From a virus (Duplodnaviria > Caudoviricetes), in the IMG/VR virus record IMGVR_UViG_3300037047_000246: a DNA stretch of 64,000 nt; one strand, given 5' to 3'. Of this stretch, positions 28,501 through 38,409 are shown one piece after another; the first letter of the stretch is position 1, and each line of letters begins with the position of its first letter. The position numbers were made by a program, and so were the translations under genes. The notes beneath the pieces were generated by a model. That model was given only the letters and a program-made list of their open reading frames with translations. It was not told where the DNA came from and did no database searches.

Positions 28501-30000
28501 TCTGTACCCTATGAAGATTGAATTAGCCGACGTTGCGCCATATCCAGTCTCAAGGCCAATGAAGATGTTGCCTGTTTGTGTGCTGACGGAGTATCCTGCC
28601 GAGTTCCCTATGCATACGTTGGAACCGCCGCTGCTGATGCTGTAACCAGCGTAGTATCCTACGCTGATATTGTTGGCCCCATTACCGTTTCCTACGGAGT
28701 GCGCATAACTTCCGATGGCAATATCGTGTGTGGCAGTTGAAGTGTTTTTGCCGGCATCATATCCGATCGCTATGCAGTAAGAGCCGCCATAAGCCGCTGC
28801 GCTTTGTCCAATGCCGACTGTGTAGGCACCGACACAGTTGCTGCAGGCACTGGGCCCGACACCCACCACATAGCTGGCCGCAGCAGTGACTGTGGAGCTG
28901 GTCACTCCAGCATTGTGTCCGACAAACACGCAACTGTTCACGCTGCCGCCAGCGTTGGCCCCATTATTGCCCGCCCCGTTGCCCACACAAACGTTGTTGC
29001 TGCCAGCCAACCCGTAGCTGCAGTTCAGCGCGTAGTATCCGATGGCTACGTTTGTGTTCCCTGTTTTTATGCCGGCTAGAGCATACGAACCGACCGCAAC
29101 GTTTTGGCTACCAGCCCCGCCGGTCGCGTGTCCTTGCAGAGCATACGAACCGACGCTCGTATTCAAGGACCCTGTGTTGATCTGCCCGGCTTGGTGTCCG
29201 ACATATGTGCCGCCACTAGGGTCCGCCACAGTGCTGCCAGCTTGATATCCTATGATCACAGATGACCCAGCAGCCGTGCAGCCCAAACCTGCCTCAAAAC
29301 CAATGATTACTCCAATGCCGCTGGTGACTGCCGTTCCAGCCTTGGAACCAACGAACACATTGTTTGATGCTGTTTGTAGCGCTAACCCTGCACTGTAGCC
29401 AAAGAAAGTGTTGTGAACACCACTGGTGACAGCTGTGCCAGCGCCCACGCCCAATGCCGTGTTGTAGGTACTTGCGCCGAGAGTGTAACCGGTGAGAGAT
29501 GCGCCGCCAGACGCCGCCGTCGTCACCCGCCCGTACGCGTCTACCGTGACGCTCGAGTTGGTGTAGCTGCCGGCCGGGCTCGGGTTGAGCGCCGGCAGCT
29601 GCTGGTCGAGCTGCATGCGGCTCGCACCGATCGTAAAGTACAGGTGGCTCGAGTGGTACTCGAACGCGCCGTCTTCGGCTGCCGTCATGGCCGTGCCGCT
29701 CGTCAGCTTGATTGGTGCCGACCCGGCCGCAGTCGTGTGAGCCGGCAAGTGCAGCCTGGCGGTCGGTTGGGCGTCGTCTCCGACGCGCAGCCTAGCATTT
29801 GCCGTGTCGAACTGCGCCACGACCACACCAGTTGAATTGCGGATGGTGACGCCGTTGATGTCTATGCCATCCACGCTGGGCCGCAAAGACAAGCCGGCCG
29901 CGCTGGACTGCGCGCCAGCGCCGATCAGAAGCACCGTGCTGTTGCCTACCCGGGTGGCGTACTTGGTCGTGGGATCGAATACGAGAGCTTTTTCGGCCAT
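25549..30000 (-). CDS. long tail fibre/adhesin with C-terminal peptidase S74 intramolecular chaperone
   Basis: Dozens of N[VIT]xIGyxAG repeats; SSRVLKTDI..LRPVFYQW..GFIADEV; terminal coiled coil. Confidence 0.88.
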   Translation of the reverse strand: MAEKALVFDPTTKYATRVGNSTVLLIGAGAQSSAAGLSLRPSVDGIDINGVTIRNSTGVVVAQFDTANARLRVGDDAQPTARLHLPAHTTAAGSAPIKLTSGTAMTAAEDGAFEYHSSHLYFTIGASRMQLDQQLPALNPSPAGSYTNSSVTVDAYGRVTTAASGGASLTGYTLGASTYNTALGVGAGTAVTSGVHNTFFGYSAGLALQTASNNVFVGSKAGTAVTSGIGVIIGFEAGLGCTAAGSSVIIGYQAGSTVADPSGGTYVGHQAGQINTGSLNTSVGSYALQGHATGGAGSQNVAVGSYALAGIKTGNTNVAIGYYALNCSYGLAGSNNVCVGNGAGNNGANAGGSVNSCVFVGHNAGVTSSTVTAAASYVVGVGPSACSNCVGAYTVGIGQSAAAYGGSYCIAIGYDAGKNTSTATHDIAIGSYAHSVGNGNGANNISVGYYAGYSISSGGSNVCIGNSAGYSVSTQTGNIFIGLETGYGATSANSIFIGYRAGNESSSSYGIGLGHQASYYPDGDYNVAIGYQALYGNNVTTTSNNNTAIGYRSGFSLSSGAHNVLLGNSSGYSLTTQSGNVVIGQEAGGGGGATPTETFLMGYRAGYYTTSANSLYFGKSSGFYFAGSFNVAIGHETMIGTGGGGCTGSYAVSIGYQSGYLLQSGSGNVLVGTATGYSLVAQSYNTYVGHDAGRNAATSGGVGVGYQAGYYPGGSYNVAAGYQALRGDSVTKTAYSNVALGYRAAYSVTSGYENVFIGYDSGYNLTSGHNNVSIGNAALRALTTGGRNIAIGQDAGRTIAGSNNNVFIGYGAGKISTGYGSVCVGYQAGFNMAEGGSVAIGNSALYSTAASTGVDNIAIGRESAYTITSGAQNIAIGIQSLYSLTAYSGNVAVGHEAGKSTAQAYGTMIGYQAGYRIGAGSDNIFLGRQAGYGNATPGAASGNIAIGYQSAAELTSGNHNVVVGNAAAGSLTVGTGNAFVGGFSAGTVTSGSGNVSIGFCAMRYAPVAAEGVVAVGYEAATKTPSYVVAIGFGAASGSVDGSTVSSVYDIAIGYQAGYRIGNTGSSNIFIGKECGYGAERTGALTSNIAIGTGAMQVVEEASYSIAIGYRAMFATAGAPSSIAIGLQALSYDCDGYNIAIGSHAGVAIEGGVNNVVVGMSALSSAVVVSGMIAIGTETLYNANDNTQDCIAIGNGALYSMAASGLTAATARRNVAVGPSALYNLRVTANDTNCDNNVAVGHRAGYGQSTFCRENVYIGAETGAASAASVYGNVAVGYMALTSVTAGGNVAVGYQAGDSVTSGVCNVCIGLGADAAATADNQIAIGRSVVTTNANSGQISPSQPTAAPPSGEFWIGGDNGGTAYHLRAQTITAWSSRVLKTDIAPIPGALSLQVVRALRPVFYQWRDREEMMQTHNKRTQAGFIADEVKTAVESCGLDIGYVDSEREEDWTYKPEHVLAVTVRAVQELSDLVRQLQAEIALLKA

Positions 30001-30037
30001 GCTGCCCTACCTTTACGTCAGCCCGTTCCAGCGAAGG

Positions 30038-32830
30038 CTACGGCAAAATCACTCCAGCCGCTGCTGCCTTGATCTTCAGATAATCGGCCATCTGGGTGCG
30101 TTCGCCAGCCTGCAGTTCTCTGTTGTACTGGTAGACGGCAAACACATCAGCACGCGCTGGGTTAAACCCGTGCCCGCCCGTGCAGAGCGTGAGGCCGCCT
30201 GGATTGAGAGCACCCGCGTCGCCCGTGGCGAACGCTCCGGCGTCTTGCGCCAGCTTGGACGACACGCCGTCGAGCACGTAGTCGATGATGTGCCACGCAC
30301 CGTCCACCAGCGATTTGGTGACTCCCGCCCCTCCAGCCGTCAGCGTCACGTTAGGTCCGCCTCCCGCGCTGGTGAGAAGCGAACCAAAGTTGGCGTCTTT
30401 GCCGTCTATCAGCCGGGCGTAGGTGCCGGTCGAAGTCCATTTGGCGACGATGAAGCCGTGCACCGGCTGGTTCAGCGTAAAGTTGGCGGTCTTCAAGGAG
30501 TCGCTGACGCCGTCGAACCGAAGCACGCCGCCCGTACCCTGCGCGACCCATCCAGGTCGATTGATGTCGGTAGCCTGCTCGATGTGTCTGCCCAGTCCGG
30601 TGTTGTCGGTCGCTCGCGAAGCCGAGATGCACTCGACCGTCACGTCGTCCACCCACACCGACCGGCCAGCCGCCATGTTGAGACAGCGGAACTGGAGCTG
30701 GGTGTCGCCCGCCTGCGTGACCACGTCGAAGTATTGCCAGTCGGTGGATGCCGTGCCGATCCACTTCTGCGCGCCCATGTAAATGTCCATATAGGCGTTG
30801 CCATCGCCCCTGCACCAGCCCCGCACGCGGTACCACAGGCCTGTCGTAAGAACGTTCTGGTAGATCCCCCCATTGCCCGACACCCAGTCCTGTCGAATCG
30901 ACTGGGTGCCGCTGTGCTTGATGGACGTGTCTTTGACCGGAGTCGTGGTGGCGTACGAGGTCCAGGCTCCGACACCAGCCGTCTCCATGTTGCCGTCCAC
31001 CAGCGCGGGCACCGGGCCGGGTAGAACGACGTTGTTGACGCTGCTGCCCTCCCAGCCTATGACGAGACCGGGCAGCATGCTGGGCGTCCACAGATCGGAC
31101 CGCACATCCACTGGCCGCGCCGGCTGCAGGTAAACCAGCGGGGTGGCGGAAGCCGTTTTGGCCGTGCCGACGAACGTGACGAACCCGTATGGAGGGGCCG
31201 CGTGGCTGACCTTGCCGGCCGTATCGGCCAGGTACAGCGCGGACCCTTGGGTGGCGGTACCGGTTTCCATGTTGCACGTCGCCACGCCGGTCATCGCAAC
31301 CGCGTTGGTCGCCACCTTGACCCCCACCACCACGGCCTCTTCGGCCGTCCCGTCGGCTTGAGACTTCGCCATGTTGTCGCTGCTGTCGATGTACACGACG
31401 TCGCCCACCGCGACAGTGCCGGTCTCGCCTGACGTGGGGACGGGAACGGCCGAGTGCGTGTGCAGCTGGGCGGCGTCGGAAGTCACGCCAGCCGTCAGCG
31501 TGCCAAGGTTGGCTGCCGTCACGTTCGCGCTGACGGCAGCGCTTTGGATCTGGAATCTGGCAGAGGCGTTGTTCGGCAGATTGATGTTGGCCGCCCCAGA
31601 AGCGCCGAGCAACCCTCCCGGCACCGACAGCGACCAGGTGTTGGTCGCGCCCAGCGCTATGCTGGAAGTGCCTGAGTTGCCAATCAAGATCAACCCACTT
31701 GTACCGCCCCCGCCTGCCGCCCCAGCCGCCAAGGTCAGGTTGCCGCCGTTGCCAGTCGAAGCCGTGCCGGCCGCGATGGCCACGTTGCCGCCCGCGGTCG
31801 CGCCGGAGCCGCCGGTGATCTGCACCGCGCCGCCGGTCGACCCGCCTCCGCCCAGCAAACTGACCGCTCCGCCAGCCGCGTTTTCGGATTCGGCCGTCTG
31901 GCCGGCCAGCGTTATGCTCCACTGGCTGTCGCCGTCGGCAAAGCCGAACGTGGTATGCGCCCCATGCAGAGCGCTCGGATTGGTGGCGTACCAAACGCTG
32001 CCGCTGAATTGCAGGATGTCACCAGCCGCCCCGACAGGAACTTGTGCGGAGTTGTTAGTAGTCAGAACGTCGTACCAATTGGAGTCCCCATCGTACCTGA
32101 TCTGCCAGGTGTTGTGTCCAACTGCGTCAAGATTGTCGTACCGCAAACCTGCTGACGGAGAAACCCCAGTGTTGGCAAGAATCTGGTAAGCGTTGGCGCT
32201 GGCTGCGCCTGACTGGCCAAACACAATGTCACCACATGCAGCCGAATTGACTCCGCTGCCTGGAGTCAAAACCACGTTGCCGCCGGTGCTGCCGCTTGAC
32301 GAACCTGCAGACAGTGTAAGACTTGTGCCTTGAGCAGCAGCGCTGTCTACAGTAAGTCCTCTTGTGCCGCCGGACGAGAACGGAATGGCTCCGCCCATCT
32401 TGCCGAGGTTCCAGGACATGGTGCCGTTGACAGTTATCGGATCTCCTGCGCCGTCTCCAAGCACAATGCTTTCGTCAAAAGTGGTGTCGCCAATGACGTG
32501 CTGGATGCCGCGAACAGTCAAGTCTCCGTGGACGACTACAGACATGCTGTATGGAGGACCGAGCTCGTCCCCTATATTGACCGTATCTCCGGCACTGCCT
32601 ATGCTGATCGTTTTGTTGGCGGAGCCTGTGCCAATATCCACCACTGACGTGTTGGCACCACCTATGGACACAGACAGACTGTTCGCGTGTCCGCCGATGC
32701 GCACACTGGCAGCGTTAGCGTCGCCGATGTGCAAAGTGGATCCTGCACTGTCTGCAGTTTCGAACGTGAGTACATCGGCCCCGATCCTGGAAATCGCGCC
32801 TTTAAACACCAACGCTTGATAACTTGACAT
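30038..32830 (-). CDS. multi-domain virion fibre/adhesin (Gly-rich shaft, cement-like domain, CBM-like and LamG-like domains)
   Basis: GGxVxLxGG repeats; VGDVVYID..GSALYLADTAGKVS; VDGNMETAGVGAW; LRFDGVSDSL. Confidence 0.75.
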   Translation of the reverse strand: MSSYQALVFKGAISRIGADVLTFETADSAGSTLHIGDANAASVRIGGHANSLSVSIGGANTSVVDIGTGSANKTISIGSAGDTVNIGDELGPPYSMSVVVHGDLTVRGIQHVIGDTTFDESIVLGDGAGDPITVNGTMSWNLGKMGGAIPFSSGGTRGLTVDSAAAQGTSLTLSAGSSSGSTGGNVVLTPGSGVNSAACGDIVFGQSGAASANAYQILANTGVSPSAGLRYDNLDAVGHNTWQIRYDGDSNWYDVLTTNNSAQVPVGAAGDILQFSGSVWYATNPSALHGAHTTFGFADGDSQWSITLAGQTAESENAAGGAVSLLGGGGSTGGAVQITGGSGATAGGNVAIAAGTASTGNGGNLTLAAGAAGGGGTSGLILIGNSGTSSIALGATNTWSLSVPGGLLGASGAANINLPNNASARFQIQSAAVSANVTAANLGTLTAGVTSDAAQLHTHSAVPVPTSGETGTVAVGDVVYIDSSDNMAKSQADGTAEEAVVVGVKVATNAVAMTGVATCNMETGTATQGSALYLADTAGKVSHAAPPYGFVTFVGTAKTASATPLVYLQPARPVDVRSDLWTPSMLPGLVIGWEGSSVNNVVLPGPVPALVDGNMETAGVGAWTSYATTTPVKDTSIKHSGTQSIRQDWVSGNGGIYQNVLTTGLWYRVRGWCRGDGNAYMDIYMGAQKWIGTASTDWQYFDVVTQAGDTQLQFRCLNMAAGRSVWVDDVTVECISASRATDNTGLGRHIEQATDINRPGWVAQGTGGVLRFDGVSDSLKTANFTLNQPVHGFIVAKWTSTGTYARLIDGKDANFGSLLTSAGGGPNVTLTAGGAGVTKSLVDGAWHIIDYVLDGVSSKLAQDAGAFATGDAGALNPGGLTLCTGGHGFNPARADVFAVYQYNRELQAGERTQMADYLKIKAAAAGVILP

Positions 32831-33107
32831 GCCGTGATCTCCAGGCGGGAACTATTGGATCTTCATGTAACGAGAGTCTACTGACATCAGTTTGACGGCA
32901 TATTCATCTGCAATGTCGTATCCAATGTCCTGCCCTGGCGGAAAAAACTCACCGTTCTTAGGCAAAAACTCCGCCACAGTGCCATCCTTGAGCGGAATTC
33001 GGATCTTCTTGAGCCGACCCATGCTCTTGACGAAACCTTTGCGCGGTTTTTCGCCAACATACTTGAATCTAGACATCGCCGGGCCTCCACAGACTTGCGC
33101 GGTCGAA

Positions 33108-33461
33108 TCACTTCGGCGGGTTGCACAGTGTTTCTATATCTTCGCAAGTCTGCGCCAGTTTGACTATGCAGTCATTGTTCCAGGCAACTCCGTTATTGTG
33201 CTGGTAGACGCAGAAGTCCACGCACTGCACCGATCCGCCATCCTTGAACACAACCGGTTTGCCTTCTTCGCATCCGACGACGTCAGGACCGGCATCTGCT
33301 GGAGCAAGCTTGGCGTTCATTGCTTCGCAAGCGGCTGCGCACTGGTCAGATGACTGCGGAACAATGTGCGGGGCCGGGTCTTGCCCGGGGTGACTGGCGC
33401 ATGCTTGCACTAGCACGAACACTGATGCGCAGAAGGCGCGATTTGTGGACCACATGCCCAC
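33108..33461 (-). CDS. Cys-rich lipoprotein
   Basis: VFVLVQA-C lipobox-like signal; CAAAC, CVDFC. Confidence 0.65.
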   Translation of the reverse strand: MGMWSTNRAFCASVFVLVQACASHPGQDPAPHIVPQSSDQCAAACEAMNAKLAPADAGPDVVGCEEGKPVVFKDGGSVQCVDFCVYQHNNGVAWNNDCIVKLAQTCEDIETLCNPPK

Positions 33462-33477
33462 ACTTGGAATGAGAATC

Positions 33478-34305
33478 CTAAAGAGATCCTCGAGTGGCGC
33501 ACCACAGAGACTTGGTTCCGGACCAGTCTACATAGTCTTTGTGCATCCAGCAGTAGCCAGCCTCGCCCCACCCGGTGCCCCAAGAGTTTCTGACCTTGAA
33601 CGCCTGGCGGCCTGGATCCCAACCGCATATGACCATGGCGTGTCTTCCAACTATGTAGTCAAAAGCGCCAGGTCGGCGGGCTACACCTCCCGGATAAGAT
33701 AGGAACGAGTTTGCCAGTGCGGTGCCAAACAGCACATTGTGCTTGGAGTTTAAAGCCTGGAGCACCGACGCAAGCCTGGCGTCTCCCTCTCCGCTTATGC
33801 TGTAAAAAGACGAGAACGTGTTGACGAAGGCTTCCCTGTACGACATGATGGACGGCCTGGTGGTGGCCTTCAGCGGATCATAGGGCCAACGGGCCTCAGT
33901 GCACACGCCGAATCTGGCCCCTACGTCCATAGCCAACCTGTTGTACGTGCCAGAGTTTGGATTGTTTGTCTGGTTTGGGTCCATTTCGTTTCTTGCATTC
34001 CACCACACGAACATCCTGGACAGGTCAGGGGTGGACGCTCTGGCGTTTGCCAGCGGCATGCCGGCCGAGACCTTGTCTAGCACCAAGGCGGCCTCCAACA
34101 TGTCCGCGGCAGCGTTCGCCACGCATGCTGGCAAACTGAACTGATTGGAAATGTCTTTGAAGTACGGCGAATTGTCGACGATTTTTGAATCGGCAGTCGC
34201 ACAAGCGGACATCGGACTGGCCGAGAACGGCAGATCCCTGACGTCCGGCGGGTCTTCCACCCACCCGAAATTGCGCGCCACTCTTACGCCGGAAATGGTT
34301 ACCAT
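33478..34305 (-). CDS. papain-like cysteine peptidase (C1A)
   Basis: GWVEDPPDVRD N-terminal motif, QFSLPACVANA (Q/C), GRHAMVICGW (H), VRNSWGTGWG (N). Confidence 0.9.
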   Translation of the reverse strand: MVTISGVRVARNFGWVEDPPDVRDLPFSASPMSACATADSKIVDNSPYFKDISNQFSLPACVANAAADMLEAALVLDKVSAGMPLANARASTPDLSRMFVWWNARNEMDPNQTNNPNSGTYNRLAMDVGARFGVCTEARWPYDPLKATTRPSIMSYREAFVNTFSSFYSISGEGDARLASVLQALNSKHNVLFGTALANSFLSYPGGVARRPGAFDYIVGRHAMVICGWDPGRQAFKVRNSWGTGWGEAGYCWMHKDYVDWSGTKSLWCATRGSL

Positions 34306-34349
34306 GAGGCCTCCTGACTAAGGCCTCCTGATAAACAGCCTGACTCGAA

Positions 34350-34658
34350 CTAAATCCTGGTGAAGGTCATGGTGGAGATGTCGAAGTCCAGAGGGCGTTC
34401 GTCCGGATTCAGCCCATACTCTGCAGCAGTCTTCTTGATCCTGTCGTACAGGCTCCTGTCCAGACTGATCACTTGCTGCGCTGCTTGAGCTCTTTGCATA
34501 GCCAAAGACTCTGCCTGCGCAGCAATGTTGGCCAGTTCCATTTTGGCCCGCGAGAGTTCTTGATTGATCTCTTTTATGATCTTCTGATCTTCGTCCTTAA
34601 CTCTGATTTTGGCGGGCGCTTCTTCCAGGTCGTTTTTTGTCTCATTTGCAGCTGTCAT
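34350..34658 (-). CDS. coiled-coil hypothetical protein
   Basis: Helical heptads; TATGGT 6 nt before the ATG. Confidence 0.65.
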   Translation of the reverse strand: MTAANETKNDLEEAPAKIRVKDEDQKIIKEINQELSRAKMELANIAAQAESLAMQRAQAAQQVISLDRSLYDRIKKTAAEYGLNPDERPLDFDISTMTFTRI

Positions 34659-34740
34659 GTCAACACCATACCCGAGTCAAACGTCTTGAGCATCACAAAG
34701 AGCGCCTCGGCTCCTCGTGACGGACGTTACCGACAGCAGC

Positions 34741-36543
34741 CTACATCACTATTGGTCTTGACTGCTGCAAGTACACATGAGGCGTAGCTGAAGATGTTTT
34801 TGCGTATCCGACAACAGTCACATGTCCGGATCCAGGAATTGCGTGGGTGACTTTGCCCGGAGTGGTGGCAAGGTACAAAACCTCGCCCTTTGTGGATATC
34901 CCAGCATCCATGTTGCACACAGCAACCCCGGCCACCGTCATCAAGTTTGCTCCGCTCTTGACTCCGACCGCCACAGCTTCAGCCAAAGTGCCGCCGGACT
35001 GCGACAGCACCATGTCATCATCAGAGTTTGTGTGCACAACGTCGCCAACTTCTATTACGCCAACTTCCCCGGATGTTTCAACTGCTGGTCCTGCATGCGT
35101 GTGCAGCAGCGTGGCGTCTGACGCCGGACCGGCGGTCAGCGTGCCCAAACCAGCCGAAGTCACGTTTGCACTGACCGACAAGCCTTCTATCTGGAATCTG
35201 GCAGAGGCGTTGTTCGGAAGGTTGACATTGGCTGCGCCGACAGCGCTGAGAATTTTGGTGGAGTAGTTGAACTGAAGGCTGTCGCCGTCTCCGATAGACA
35301 CAGACCCGCCATGGAGGCGGATGCTGCCCCTGGAAGCTCCATTTGCGCTGATAGCTAGCGTGATGCTTCCGCTGGCTTCAGACCCTCCGTCGCCAGAATT
35401 TATGAGAACGTCGCCTCCAAACTCGTTGCCTGCGCCGCCCCAAATCGACACCTCGCCGCCGGATCCAGCAGTTCCTCCCAAGCTGGCGTTGCCGCCAACA
35501 AGGGTAATTATCCCTCCTGAAGCTCCTGCTCCAGCTCCGCCGTCCACCCCAGCTGCGCCGGCAGCCAGCACAACTGCGCCTCCAGCTCCAGCACCGAGGA
35601 CCGCAGTGCCGGCGCCGCCGGCGCCGCCGCGGACTGTGAGAAACCCGCCCGCTCCGCCGCCGGTCGCCAACGCCGCACCGCCGGCACCGCCGGCGACAAC
35701 GAAATTCTTGCCCAGCAAGTCGCTGGTCGAAGCCAGCGGACCCAAGTATCTGTCCCCTGCAGCGACTGGACTCAGCAAAATGTCGTAAACTGCTTGCCAC
35801 CCGCCCGAGCTCCACTCAAGGTGCTGATAGTCCGCGCCGGCGGCCAGAGGGTCCCACTCCACCCACGAGAGCGGGTCCCCAGGCGGCGACGCCAGCCGCC
35901 AAAGCTTGGACGTGCCCGCAACAAAAGAGAACATCCCAGTTTTGCGAAGAGTCTCCGGTATGCTGTCTCGTTCAGCGTTGTCAAAGACTACTCTGAACCC
36001 TCCCACGCAGTTGACGTCTTCGATGTTGGAGGGCAGCCACTGAGACCCATCCGACACCAGAGACTGCCCTGGCGAAGGACTGTCGGACGACAATCCGACA
36101 CCTTGCAGTCCAACGACTGTTTGAATGGTGTCGTCGCCTGACAAGTCGCCGCCGGCCGAAAACGCGCCGCCTGGGTCTCCTTTGTCTCCCTTGTCCCCCG
36201 GCAAGCCAGGTTCTCCGCGAGGCCCTGGCGGTCCGAGGGGTCCTCTCTGGCCTCGAACTCCAGGAGGGCCCTGAACGCTGCTCAGTCTGGAGCCCGCTTT
36301 GGCAAGCTTGACTGCAAACGTGTATTCCCATACCTGGTGAGCAGTCGTGACGCTAGTCAGTATGATTTGCGTCAGCATGTACTCTCTGCCAATGCCGAGA
36401 GTGCCGTAGACTTGGTTGTGCACAGCCGGGTCGTCAAACTGCAATGCCGGGTTTGGCAAAACTGCATCTGACGTGATTATCACTGTAGCCCGATAAGTGT
36501 CGAGCTCATCGGACGCCTGTTTGATCGTTCCGACCTTCAGCAT
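34741..36543 (-). CDS. collagen-repeat virion fibre protein
   Basis: [34 protein letters not shown]; C-terminal module paralogous to 30038-32830. Confidence 0.8.
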   Translation of the reverse strand: MLKVGTIKQASDELDTYRATVIITSDAVLPNPALQFDDPAVHNQVYGTLGIGREYMLTQIILTSVTTAHQVWEYTFAVKLAKAGSRLSSVQGPPGVRGQRGPLGPPGPRGEPGLPGDKGDKGDPGGAFSAGGDLSGDDTIQTVVGLQGVGLSSDSPSPGQSLVSDGSQWLPSNIEDVNCVGGFRVVFDNAERDSIPETLRKTGMFSFVAGTSKLWRLASPPGDPLSWVEWDPLAAGADYQHLEWSSGGWQAVYDILLSPVAAGDRYLGPLASTSDLLGKNFVVAGGAGGAALATGGGAGGFLTVRGGAGGAGTAVLGAGAGGAVVLAAGAAGVDGGAGAGASGGIITLVGGNASLGGTAGSGGEVSIWGGAGNEFGGDVLINSGDGGSEASGSITLAISANGASRGSIRLHGGSVSIGDGDSLQFNYSTKILSAVGAANVNLPNNASARFQIEGLSVSANVTSAGLGTLTAGPASDATLLHTHAGPAVETSGEVGVIEVGDVVHTNSDDDMVLSQSGGTLAEAVAVGVKSGANLMTVAGVAVCNMDAGISTKGEVLYLATTPGKVTHAIPGSGHVTVVGYAKTSSATPHVYLQQSRPIVM

Positions 36544-36576
36544 CTCGCCGTGTCGGTTTCAATAGAAGCCGCGGAG

Positions 36577-37188
36577 TCAGCTTGTTTTGACATGCACGAT
36601 AGTGCCCAGCGGAGGCACGATAATGCCTCCGCCAGGATATGGGGCTGCAGGGTCTTGAGACTCCCAGGAAACGTAGGCGCCGGACTCCACCCTCCAAGCC
36701 CGCTTGGCGTACGTCACTACGGGCGCCGGAGCAGCAGCACGCACAAGTTTGGTTTGATCCGCCACCACAGGGTTCAGCTGGCTGGCGTCGATTATGGACC
36801 ACTCCTCCACAGCAAGAGAGTCCCAGTCAGAGTATCCGCCTGACTGCTGATACACGCCTATGTAGAACGTGGTGCCGTTGGCTGTCTGAATCACGTCGAT
36901 TGGCTGCCAGTCGGTGGATGTGCTGCCCTCAAACGCCAGCACGCCTTGCAGCCAAATTTGCGGCAGCCGTGTGCCGTCTGATCGGCACGCGCCTCTTATG
37001 CGGTAAGTGCGGCCGTTGACGAGTTTGATCTGCTTCGCATATCCGTACGTGGCGCCGGTGTGCGTGACCCGCATATACCTGACGCCGGCGTACGGCGTGT
37101 CTGTGCGCTTTTCCAGCGTGGCCCCGTCCGCAGTCCAAGACGCGGTTGTGAGAGCCTCCATGTCCCAGTCGTCGATGACGATCGTCAT
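36577..37188 (-). CDS. CBM-like (jelly-roll) virion protein
   Basis: WDMEA..W; TYRIRGACRSDG..STSTDWQPID, paralogous to the CBM-like block of 30038-32830. Confidence 0.7.
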   Translation of the reverse strand: MTIVIDDWDMEALTTASWTADGATLEKRTDTPYAGVRYMRVTHTGATYGYAKQIKLVNGRTYRIRGACRSDGTRLPQIWLQGVLAFEGSTSTDWQPIDVIQTANGTTFYIGVYQQSGGYSDWDSLAVEEWSIIDASQLNPVVADQTKLVRAAAPAPVVTYAKRAWRVESGAYVSWESQDPAAPYPGGGIIVPPLGTIVHVKTS

Positions 37189-38369
37189 AGCTGAAAGTCA
37201 ATCCCGGCTCTGGTCGCGTTGGTGCCGGGAACACTTGCGCCATCCCAGGCCAAGGCCATCATGGGCTGAGCTGCGGAAGACGAACCTAAAACGGCTCGCC
37301 TCAGGTTGCCGTCCATGGTGTGGTTCATGTGGTTGTAAGTTTCTCTCACCAGCGCAGGGCTGAGCGTTCCTACAATGCCTTGGTACGCCTCGGAGCAAAG
37401 CAAAGGAATGTCGCACAGGTTCATTCTATTGGGCCCAGGAGTCCATACTTTGCTCGGGCTATATGTGGGTATGGTGCCGGCTGCGCCAACATTTTGTAGG
37501 CGGTCTATCCTCGCCATGCGCTCCTGGTCTCCGGGTAGGTCCATGCCTCCTCCGAGATCCAGGCCGTTGATTGGGCCAAAGTCAGTAGCAACTGAAATTG
37601 GCGGAGAGTTGTTGGTGATCATAGCCATGACGCCGCCAGCGGATTTCATGTCTGGCTCTTCCACAATGGCTCCAAGGTAGCTGAATCCGTAACTTGACCC
37701 TGCATTGTCTGAAAACACGCACACCACGGCGTCACCATCAGTCAAAAAACTGACGCGGTATGGATAATACGAGTCACTATTCACTATAGAACCCATGTTC
37801 TTTTTGGAGGCAGCGTGCGCTCCACCAAGCCCGTTGCTTCTAGGCAGCACGGCCACGCGGGTGCCTCCAGCAGGGATCTTCCAGTATGGCTCGCTGCCTT
37901 TTATATCCGTGCCGTCGTTGTTTGTGGTGCCGTTCCAAATGCTGGCTGTGCTTCCTATGCCCCTGGCAATCTGCCATCCGAATAGGTTGTACCTATTAGA
38001 CACGCCACCGTTTATGAGAGCCGGATGATCTACTGCCCCGAAGTTTATGGTATATCCGCTCACTTGGAAATGGAGATACCACGGCCAGGACCTGCCGGCA
38101 TTGGGCGGGAACCTGTACAGGAACCAAGCATTGGTACCAAAAGGGTTGGCCTCGTCCGGCCAGTCGGACCCTGGGTTGACTGGCCAACCCGTGCCGACGA
38201 GGTTTGAAGACCCTTTGAACCACGCGATGCGCTCGCATATCCCTAGGTTTTTGAAATGCTCCATCGCTTGGAACGTGGCTTTCATCCACATTCTTGCTTG
38301 AGTGCCCTGGAGACCCAGCGTGCTGTACAAATTTGGGAGATAGCACTCGATTTTTCCATAAACGGTCAT
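37185..38369 (-). CDS. putative virion structural protein
   Basis: G/S/N/W-rich 394 aa within the fibre cluster, ATGA-coupled. Confidence 0.6.
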   Translation of the reverse strand: MTVYGKIECYLPNLYSTLGLQGTQARMWMKATFQAMEHFKNLGICERIAWFKGSSNLVGTGWPVNPGSDWPDEANPFGTNAWFLYRFPPNAGRSWPWYLHFQVSGYTINFGAVDHPALINGGVSNRYNLFGWQIARGIGSTASIWNGTTNNDGTDIKGSEPYWKIPAGGTRVAVLPRSNGLGGAHAASKKNMGSIVNSDSYYPYRVSFLTDGDAVVCVFSDNAGSSYGFSYLGAIVEEPDMKSAGGVMAMITNNSPPISVATDFGPINGLDLGGGMDLPGDQERMARIDRLQNVGAAGTIPTYSPSKVWTPGPNRMNLCDIPLLCSEAYQGIVGTLSPALVRETYNHMNHTMDGNLRRAVLGSSSAAQPMMALAWDGASVPGTNATRAGIDFQL

Positions 38370-38409
38370 GTCACGTCGCCTTGGTGAAAAACCTCAGTTG
38401 TGCTTGTTG

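Noticed and set aside
25496-36331. Long overlapping ORFs in other frames of the fibre genes (e.g. 25636-26751, 29804-31024, 30351-31994)
   Set aside because: Shadow ORFs caused by high GC3 and Gly/Ala repeats; Arg/Pro-rich and without motifs.
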